A stretch of DNA of 25,849 nt from a virus (taxonomy: Duplodnaviria > Heunggongvirae > Uroviricota > Caudoviricetes), in the IMG/VR virus record IMGVR_UViG_2909246061_000004. The stretch is one strand, 5' to 3'. The first letter of the stretch is position 1, and the number at the start of each line of letters is the position of its first letter. A program made the translations under genes and the position numbers. The notes under the pieces were generated by a model, which saw only the letters and a list, made by a program, of their open reading frames with translations, was not told the DNA's origin and did no database searches. Shown piece after piece: positions 18,113-25,849 of this stretch.

Positions 18113-18296
18113 CGCGGAAAAAGGCTAGTTTTTGCATTTCCATGGCGGCGGCAGCATGTTTGGTAATTTATTGATAATTAAAAGTTATTTCTCTTTTCAC
18201 CTGTACAATATTTTTTTCTCCCTGTCATTAGACCAGTTTGCAATTAATTGAAATATATAAATAAACATGATTTTCACCTGCCAGATGGAGTTGCTT

Positions 18297-18824
18297 ATGT
18301 CAAATGTGAGCGGGATCGGTGATGCTTATTACTGGAGTGTTTTTAAAATCGCTGAGGCCTTTGGGCTTCACCGGGACACAGTAAAAAAACGGCTCCTCGC
18401 GGCCAACACTCCTGTGGCTGCGACTATCAGGGGGAACCCCGTTTACGCCCTGCAGCATGTCGGGCCAGCCCTGTTTAGTGTGAAGCATGAGGCAGCAGAC
18501 TCTGTTCATGATCCATCCCGTATGGAGCCGAAAGAGAGAAAGGACTGGTACCAATCTGAAAATGAAAGGATCAAGCTGGAAAAGGAGCAGCGAAAACTCA
18601 TCCCCGTTGATGAAGTAGTCATCGTCTATTCGTCCATGAGAAAGGCTGTCGTCCAGGTTCTGGAGACAATTCCGGATGTTCTTGAACGCGATTGCGCCCT
18701 GACTCCTCAGGCCGTCGGCGTTGTACAGCAGGCCATTGATGACCTGCGATACACTCTTCAGGAAAAATCCTACGAGGCTTGTGCTGCTGAATTAATTCCT
18801 GATGAGGAAGGAGAGAGTCTCTAG
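18297..18824 (+). CDS. Terminase small subunit (Nu1-like)
   Basis: Start at the ATG at 18297 with GGAG RBS; N-terminal HTH-like segment (AEAFGLHRDTVKKRLL); immediately upstream of the large terminase gene. Confidence 0.6.
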   Translation: MSNVSGIGDAYYWSVFKIAEAFGLHRDTVKKRLLAANTPVAATIRGNPVYALQHVGPALFSVKHEAADSVHDPSRMEPKERKDWYQSENERIKLEKEQRKLIPVDEVVIVYSSMRKAVVQVLETIPDVLERDCALTPQAVGVVQQAIDDLRYTLQEKSYEACAAELIPDEEGESL

Positions 18825-18832
18825 GAGGAATA

Positions 18833-20383
18833 ATGGGTTTTTCATCAGCCCGAAATTTGGGAAGGGACATATCGGCAGGATTTTCCCCACCACGTCGCAT
18901 GCCGATTTCGGAGGCTGTTAAAAAATTCATGCGTGTTCCCAAGGGGGCTGGTAACTCGGTGCCATGGGATCCTGAACTGACACCCTACATCATTGAGCCC
19001 ATGAACTGCCTGGCATCGCGTGAATACGATGCGGTGATTTTTGTTGGTCCTGCGCGAACAGGGAAGACCATTGGTCTGATCGATGGATGGATTGTCTATA
19101 CCATCGTTTGCGATCCTTCGGACATGCTCGTTGTGCAGATGACCGAAGATAAGGCCCGCGAGCATTCTAAAAAGCGCCTCGACAGAACGTTCAGAAGCAG
19201 TGCGGCGGTAAAGAAAAGAATGAGTCCACGTCGTAACGACAATAATGTCCATGATAAGACGTTCAGGGATGGCTCGTTCCTTAAAATTGGTTGGCCCTCG
19301 GTAAACATTATGTCGTCGTCGGATTACCGGTTTGTCGCCTTAACCGATTACGACCGTTTTCCGGAGAATATCGACAGCGAGGGTGATGGTTTCTCCCTGG
19401 CCTCAAAACGTACCACCACATTTATGTCCGCCGGGATGACTCTGGTGGAGAGCTCGCCGGGACGTGACATCTGCGACAGCAAATGGCGACGTAAGTCGCC
19501 TCATGAAGCGCCACCGACGACTGGTATTCTTTCCCTTTACAATCGTGGTGACCGCCGCCGCTGGTACTGGTCATGTCCGCACTGCGGTGAATATTTTCAG
19601 CCAGCCATGGATGCCATGACCGGCTACCGTAATGAACCGGATCCCTTTAAAGCCAGTGAGGCGGCGCATCTACTTTGCCCGCACTGCAGCGGCATTATCA
19701 CTGCGGAGAAAAAGCGTGAGCTCAATAGTGCAGGAGTCTGGTTGCGTGAAGGTCAGGTCATTGATCGTAACGGCAACGTTTCCGGTGAACCGCGCCGCTC
19801 CCGTATCGCCAGTTTCTGGATGGAAGGGCCAGCTGCTGCGTATCAGACCTGGGCGCAACTGGTTTACAAATTACTGACTGCAGAACAGGAGTATGAAGCG
19901 ACAGGAAGCGAAGAAACACTCAGGGCGGTTATCAACACCGACTGGGGATTGCCTTATCTTCCTCGTGCCAGCATGGAGCAACGAAAAAGTGAACTGCTTG
20001 AGCAGCGGGCAGAGCTAGTTCCTTCCCGCAGTGTGCCGGATGGCGTTAATTTCCTTGTGGCGACAGTGGATGTGCAGGCGGGACGTCATCGCCGTTTTGT
20101 GGTTCAGGTAACGGGCTATGGCAGTCGTGGCGAACGCTGGATTATTGATCGTTACAACATCACGCAGTCATTGCGCAGTGACTGCGACGGGGAGAGCCAG
20201 CGAATTGATCCGGCCAGCTATCCGGAAGACTGGGATGTCCTGCTGACGGATGTTTTTCATAAAAGCTGGCCGCTGGCCTCCGATCCTTCTCAACAAATGC
20301 GACTGATGGCAATGGCGGTGGACTCCGGCGGTGAAGACGGGGTCACTGATACCGGCTGGCGAGGTTCTGATGGCAATTCTTGA
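18833..20383 (+). pseudogene. Terminase large subunit (lambda gpA-like), C-terminally truncated at ~516 codons
   Basis: AGGAGG RBS; CPHCG zinc-ribbon and gpA-like motifs; ends ...DSGGEDG where remembered lambda gpA (641 aa) continues; portal-like coding sequence follows in another frame. Confidence 0.65.
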
Positions 20384-20567
20384 TGATGTGATTGGCGTTT
20401 TTTCACCAGGATGGAAAGCGGCAAGGCTGCGTTCCCGTGCGGTGATCCAGGCTTATGAGGCCGTAAAAACGACGCGGACACACAAAGCCCGACGGGAGAA
20501 CCGAACTGCCGACCAGTTAAGCCAGTACGGGGCCGTGTCGTTACGTGAGCAGGCCCGTTATGGGTGA
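20370..20567 (+). pseudogene. Portal protein N-terminal fragment (about 65 codons)
   Basis: [52 protein letters not shown] resembles remembered lambda-family portal N-termini; frame ends after ~65 codons. Confidence 0.5.
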
Positions 20568-21966
20568 TCAGCAGCGGCAGCGATATCAGGTACAACTGAG
20601 TCTTCGCCAGAAATACCAGCAACAGCTGGAGCAGTTGAGGCGGGATAGTGAGCAGAAAGGGACATATAACACGGATGACTACAGAAAGGCCGAGCAGGCG
20701 CTGACGGAGAGCCTGAACCGACAACTGAATGAGAATCGCCGTTACTGGCAACAGCTTGAAGTTGTGCAGGGTAACTGGAAAAACGGAGTCCTGCGTGCAT
20801 TTCAGGATTTTACCGTGGATGCAGACAATACGGCAGGAACAGCAGAACAGGTGTTCTCATCAGCCTTCAGCAACATGGGAAATGGCCTGGCAACTTTTGT
20901 CACTACCGGCAAACTCAACTTCAAATCCTTCACCTCTTCGGTGCTGTCAGATATGGCGAAAATCCTGGCGCAGGCAACCATGATGAAATCGATAAAAGGG
21001 ATTGGCAGTGTAACCGCGCTGACAGACAATACGCAGGGGGCAACAGGTCTTGAGTTATACGAGGTGTATAACAACGGATATCCAACAGCGTATGGAAATA
21101 TCATTCACCTGAAAGGGATGACAGCCGTTGGCGAAGGTGAGTTACTCATCGGCTGGAGTGGTACAAGCGGTGCTCATGCTCCGGCATTTATTCGTTCACG
21201 ACGGGATACGACCGACGCAAACTGGTCGCCGTGGGCGCAGCTTTACACCTCGGCTCATCCTCCTGCAGAGTTTTATCCAGTCGGTGCACCAATCCCGTGG
21301 CCATCAGATACCGTTCCGTCTGGCTATGCCCTGATGCAGGGGCAGACTTTTGACAAATCTGCATACCCGAAACTTGCAGCGGCTTATCCGTCAGGCGTGA
21401 TCCCTGATATGCGTGGCTGGACGATTAAGGGCAAACCCGCCAGTGGTCGTGCCGTATTGTCTCAGGAACAGGACGGCATTAAATCGCACACCCACAGCGC
21501 CAGCGCATCCAGTACGGATTTGGGGACGAAAAACACATCGTCGTTTGATTACGGAACCAAATCCACGAATAACACCGGGGCGCATACCCATAGTATTAGC
21601 GGGACTGCAAATAGTGCCGGTGCGCACCAACACAAGAGTTCCGGTGCATTTGGTGGCACGAACACGAGCATTTTCCCTAATGGTTATACCGCGATTTCAA
21701 ATCTAAGCGCGGGGATTATGAGCACAACAAGCGGTAGTGGCCAGACTCGTAATGCAGGGAAGACATCATCAGATGGTGCTCATACCCACTCGCTGTCCGG
21801 CACTGCTGCAAGCGCAGGCGCACATGCACATACTGTCGGTATTGGTGCTCATACGCACTCCGTTGCGATTGGTTCACATGGACACACCATCACCGTTAAC
21901 GCTGCTGGTAACGCGGAAAACACCGTCAAAAACATCGCATTTAACTATATTGTGAGGCTTGCATAA
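20545..21966 (+). CDS. Side tail-fibre protein with a probably unrelated coiled-coil N-terminus (chimeric)
   Basis: C-terminal half carries repeated G-A-H-x-H-S/T motifs and matches remembered Stf C-terminal domains; starts 23 nt before the portal stub ends. Confidence 0.65.
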   Translation: MSRPVMGDQQRQRYQVQLSLRQKYQQQLEQLRRDSEQKGTYNTDDYRKAEQALTESLNRQLNENRRYWQQLEVVQGNWKNGVLRAFQDFTVDADNTAGTAEQVFSSAFSNMGNGLATFVTTGKLNFKSFTSSVLSDMAKILAQATMMKSIKGIGSVTALTDNTQGATGLELYEVYNNGYPTAYGNIIHLKGMTAVGEGELLIGWSGTSGAHAPAFIRSRRDTTDANWSPWAQLYTSAHPPAEFYPVGAPIPWPSDTVPSGYALMQGQTFDKSAYPKLAAAYPSGVIPDMRGWTIKGKPASGRAVLSQEQDGIKSHTHSASASSTDLGTKNTSSFDYGTKSTNNTGAHTHSISGTANSAGAHQHKSSGAFGGTNTSIFPNGYTAISNLSAGIMSTTSGSGQTRNAGKTSSDGAHTHSLSGTAASAGAHAHTVGIGAHTHSVAIGSHGHTITVNAAGNAENTVKNIAFNYIVRLA

Positions 21967-22541
21967 TGGCATTCAGAATGAGTGAACAACCACAGACCAT
22001 AAAAATTTATAATCTGCTGGCCGGAACTAATGAATTTATTGGTGAAGGTGACGCATATATTCCGCCTCATACAGGTCTGCCAGCAAACAGTACCGATATT
22101 GCACCGCCAGATATTCCGGCAGGCTTCGTGGCTGTTTTCAACAGTGATGAGGCATCGTGGCATCTCGTTGAAGATCATCGGGGAAAAACCGTCTATGACG
22201 TGGCTTCCGGCGACGCGTTATTTATTTCTGAACTCGGTCCGTTACCGGAAAATGTTACCTGGTTATCGCCGGAAGGGGAGTTTCAGAAGTGGAACGGCAC
22301 AGCCTGGGTGAAGGATACGGAAGCAGAAAAACTGTTCCGGATCCGGGAGGCGGAAGAAACAAAAAACAACCTGATGCAGGTAGCCAGTGAGCATATTGCG
22401 CCGCTTCAGGATGCTGCAGATCTGGAAATTGCAACGGAGGAAGAAATCTCGTTGCTGGAAGCATGGAAAAAGTATCGGGTATTGCTGAACCGTGTTGATA
22501 CGTCAACTGCACAGGATATTGAATGGCCAGCACTGCCGTAG
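21966..22541 (+). CDS. Tail-fibre assembly protein Tfa
   Basis: [43 protein letters not shown]... typical Tfa; its start overlaps the tail-fibre stop by 1 nt. Confidence 0.8.
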   Translation: MAFRMSEQPQTIKIYNLLAGTNEFIGEGDAYIPPHTGLPANSTDIAPPDIPAGFVAVFNSDEASWHLVEDHRGKTVYDVASGDALFISELGPLPENVTWLSPEGEFQKWNGTAWVKDTEAEKLFRIREAEETKNNLMQVASEHIAPLQDAADLEIATEEEISLLEAWKKYRVLLNRVDTSTAQDIEWPALP

Positions 22542-22638
22542 GGTAAAACATATAAATTCTATAATTAGATGTATCTTTCCATTTACGGCAAGGAAGGGGG
22601 CTTGGAACACGTAAAGCATCTCACACCGAGATTATTTT

Positions 22639-23229
22639 TTATATGTCAGGTGTCTGAAGTTTTGCTTTGGCTCTTAAAATGGTTTGCCGCGAGGTTTTGA
22701 ATTCCCGGGCAATGGCACTTATACTTACACCTGACTTAATTCGTTCGAATACCACCTGTTTCTGTTCTTCATTTAACACAGGTGGTCGACCAAAACGTTT
22801 CCCTGCGCCGCGGGCTCTTACTATCCCGGAATGAGTGCGTTCAAGTAAAAGGTCTCGTTCAAATTCAGCGACTGCTGAAATTACTTGCATCATCATTTTT
22901 CCTGTTGGACTGGTCAGGTCAATGCCACCCAATGCTAAGCAATGCACTCTGATACCTGTTTCGGTCAGTTGTTCCACTGTTTTCCTGATATCCATTGCAT
23001 TACAACCAAGGCGATCCAGTTTTGTCACAATCAATTGATCACCACATTTCAGGCGAGCAAGCAACCGGTTAAAACCAGGACGCTCACTGGTTGCTGCTGA
23101 GCCGCTAATGTGTTCTTCGATTATTTGCTGAGGTTTGATTTTAAAACCTGCACTTTCGATTTCCCGGCGTTGATTTTCGGTGGTCTGATCCAGCGTTGAT
23201 ATCCGACAGTAAGCAAAAATTCGAGACAT
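22639..23229 (-). CDS. Pin/Hin/Gin-family serine DNA invertase
   Basis: [20 protein letters not shown]... with catalytic serine motif and C-terminal HTH ([18 protein letters not shown]). Confidence 0.85.
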
Positions 23230-23546
23230 AGTGAGACTCTATTCGAAATTGGTGTTCATATCATAATGCATCTCAGAAAATAATTATGATTATTTTTGTG
23301 CATATTTGTATGTACACGTTCGAAAATAAACGAATGCGTATGCAACCCCGTAATTTTTGGTGAGACCCAAAATCGATTTTGTGAAAAATGGCTTTAACTC
23401 GGTTTGTTTTTCGAGTTCCGGGCGGGCTCAAGGAAGAAGAATAGTGTTGCGTGTTATTTTAACCAGATTTCAAGTTGTTTGGACGTGGAAAAGTGGAGCA
23501 AAATGTTGTTAAAGTGGAAAAATGATAAAAAAGTAAGTTTATTATA

Positions 23547-23813
23547 TTACATTTTACCATTTAAATTTTGGTTGTCTTTAAGAACTGATATCGCTGTTTG
23601 TAATAATTCTTTGTTATCCAGCCATGATTTTTTCTTTATGTTTCCTTCAATGTAATCAAGCAATGTTCTGGTATTAATAGGTCTTCCCTGTTTTGCTACT
23701 TCCACTACAGCATCCCCTAGGATAATTCTTACTTCAGGAAGCTGCGCAGGGAACCACTTTAGGGTGTCTTTTGATTTCATGAAGATATTCCTTAAAATAT
23801 TATTGATTTTCAT
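23547..23813 (-). CDS. ydfK: YdfK/YnaE-family cold-shock-induced prophage protein
   Basis: 88-aa ORF starting MKINNILRNIFMKSKDTLKWFPAQLPEV, matching remembered YdfK/YnaE; lies next to pin as in Rac and Qin. Confidence 0.6.
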   Translation of the reverse strand: MKINNILRNIFMKSKDTLKWFPAQLPEVRIILGDAVVEVAKQGRPINTRTLLDYIEGNIKKKSWLDNKELLQTAISVLKDNQNLNGKM

Positions 23814-24565
23814 TGCGATATTGTATGTCTGATTCAGGATATGTTGACTTATACATCGGTTTTGTCTGGGTTATTGGATATGCCAATCCCTAATTTTATT
23901 AGGGCATGACTAAAAATGCTGAATATGATAAGGAGAGAAGTGATTATCAGTATGCTGTTCATATAGCCTCGAATTAGTAATGTGTTATATATGATATAGT
24001 TGACAATTTTTATCTTGGGTGTTTTTAAAGTTCGTAGATAAACATTGTCGTTTCAGGTATACAGGAATGCTAGCAGGTGGCAGCAAAAATCAGGCGGTTT
24101 ATGGCGCAAGCTGAAGCGGCAACTGCAAACTATCTTATGCAGAGACTCTACACGGATTGGGTTTAAAAGTATACATAGATAACAGTTTTTATCTGAAAAA
24201 GAAAAATATCAAGGTGATATAGCCTATATGCCTTTGATGCGGAGGAATGACTGTGATGGGAGTGATGTATCTGAATAGTTGAAAAAACGCAGACACGCCT
24301 TATGCAAGAACGTGCTGCGGTTGGCTGGTAAATTTTTCGATAGTGTGAGTATTGAATGATTTCCAGCCGTTCTTGATTTTACGCATAAATCCATGAAAAA
24401 ACTACTTATCTGTTGGGGAGTTTTTTTGGGGCATATATGGGACAGAAATAGGCCCCAGATAGACACTGAGATCGAACTTAGGATGCTTTTTAAAAAATGC
24501 AACTATCTGAAAAAACCTAGAAAACGCCAAGGAAACCACAGGATGGGAAAAAACACCTGTGAATT

Positions 24566-25849
24566 ATGGATTTCCAGTTATATTCGCTCGGCGCAGCGTT
24601 AGTGTTTCATGAAATATTTTTTCCTGAATCATCAACGGCAATGGCGTTAATTCTGGCATTGGGAACCTACGGTGCAGGTTATGTGGCGCGTATTGTCGGA
24701 GCATTTATTTTCGGCAAAATGGGCGACAGAATAGGGCGTAAAAAAGTGCTCTTTATTACCATCACCATGATGGGGATCTGTACCACCTTAATTGGTGTGT
24801 TACCGACCTATGCACAGATTGGTGTTTTTGCACTCATCTTGCTGGTGACGTTGCGTATTATTCAGGGGTTGGGTGCAGGTGCGGAAATTTCCGGTGCCGG
24901 TACGATGCTGGCGGAATATGCGCCAAAAGGTAAGCGCGGAATTATCTCCTCATTTGTGGCTATGGGAACTAACTGCGGAACCTTGAGCGCAACGGCAATC
25001 TGGGCCTTTATGTTCTTCATTCTCAGTAAAGAGGAACTGCTGGCGTGGGGATGGCGTATACCGTTCCTGGCGAGCGTTGTCGTGATGGTCTTTGCTATCT
25101 GGTTGCGTATGAATCTGAAAGAAAGCCCGGTCTTTGAGAAGGTTAACGACAGTAACCAACCGACAGCAAAACCTGCACCTGCTGGTAGCATGTTCCAGAG
25201 CAAATCCTTCTGGCTGGCAACAGGGCTGCGTTTTGGTCAGGCGGGTAACTCCGGGTTAATTCAGACTTTCCTTGCAGGCTATTTAGTGCAGACGTTATTG
25301 TTTAACAAAGCAATTCCAACAGATGCATTGATGATCAGTTCGATTCTCGGCTTTATGACCATTCCGTTCCTTGGTTGGTTATCCGATAAAATTGGTCGCC
25401 GGATCCCGTATATTATTATGAATACCTCCGCGATTGTGCTGGCATGGCCAATGCTTTCTATCATTGTAGATAAAAGCTATGCCCCGAGCACCATTATGGT
25501 TGCACTGATTGTGATTCATAACTGTGCGGTGCTGGGATTATTTGCTCTGGAAAACATTACCATGGCAGAAATGTTCGGCTGTAAAAACCGCTTTACCCGG
25601 ATGGCTATTTCTAAAGAAATTGGTGGTCTTATCGCTTCCGGTTTTGGTCCTATCCTGGCGGGTATTTTCTGCACCATGACGGAATCCTGGTATCCGATCG
25701 CCATTATGATCATGGCATATTCAGTGATTGGTTTAATCTCTGCGCTGAAAATGCCAGAGGTGAAAGACCGTGATTTAAGTGCGCTGGAAGACGCTGCGGA
25801 AGATCAACCGCGTGTTGTAAGAGCTGCGCAACCTTCCAGAAGTCTGTAA
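24566..25849 (+). pseudogene. ydfJ: MFS metabolite:H+ symporter YdfJ, 5'-truncated (first ~35 codons missing)
   Basis: 12-helix MFS-like sequence aligning to ProP-family transporters from about residue 37 (DFQLYSLG versus ProP WFDFGVYG); in-frame stop immediately upstream at 24560; complete C-terminus with stop at the window end. Confidence 0.7.

Noticed and set aside
19632-20751. Long antisense and alternative-frame ORFs inside the terminase and tail-fibre genes (for example 20290..20751 minus, 19632..19877 plus)
   Set aside because: They overlap strongly supported coding frames and have low-complexity Pro/Leu/Arg-rich translations typical of off-frame GC-rich DNA.
23300-23345. Near-palindrome TTTTGGTGAGACCCAAAA upstream of pin as a possible invertase crossover site
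   Set aside because: Half-site polarity is the reverse of the remembered AAACC-NN-GGTTT core, and no partner copy was found near the tail-fibre gene.

Overview
The window reads as a degraded lambdoid (Qin/Rac-like) Escherichia coli prophage, ending in the 3' part of the host MFS transporter gene ydfJ, which it appears to interrupt. All calls come from reading the sequence and the supplied ORF track against remembered protein families; no searches were run. In order: the dicB early-left operon (ydfD, dicB, the DicF sRNA, ydfA), a DicA-like repressor divergent from a Cro/DicC-like gene, a YdaT-like gene, and a replication initiator carrying phased GTCACG iterons. Then comes an AT-rich island holding an AbiH-like gene and a downstream unknown gene split by an IS1 with a perfect 9-bp target duplication. 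After that: hok, a DUF968 gene, antiterminator Q, cargo genes at the Q-lysis junction (Blc lipocalin, DUF523-DUF1722 protein, AppY-like AraC regulator), a pinholin/SAR-endolysin/Rz/Rz1 lysis cassette, cspI and gnsB, a cos-like site, terminase genes, a portal stub fused by deletion to a tail-fibre gene, tfa, Pin invertase and ydfK. The most interesting candidate is the AbiH-like gene plus its IS1-split partner, which reconstructs in frame to about 465 aa and may be an undescribed two-gene defence cassette. Second is a 29-codon hydrophobic peptide ORF with a strong Shine-Dalgarno upstream of hok.
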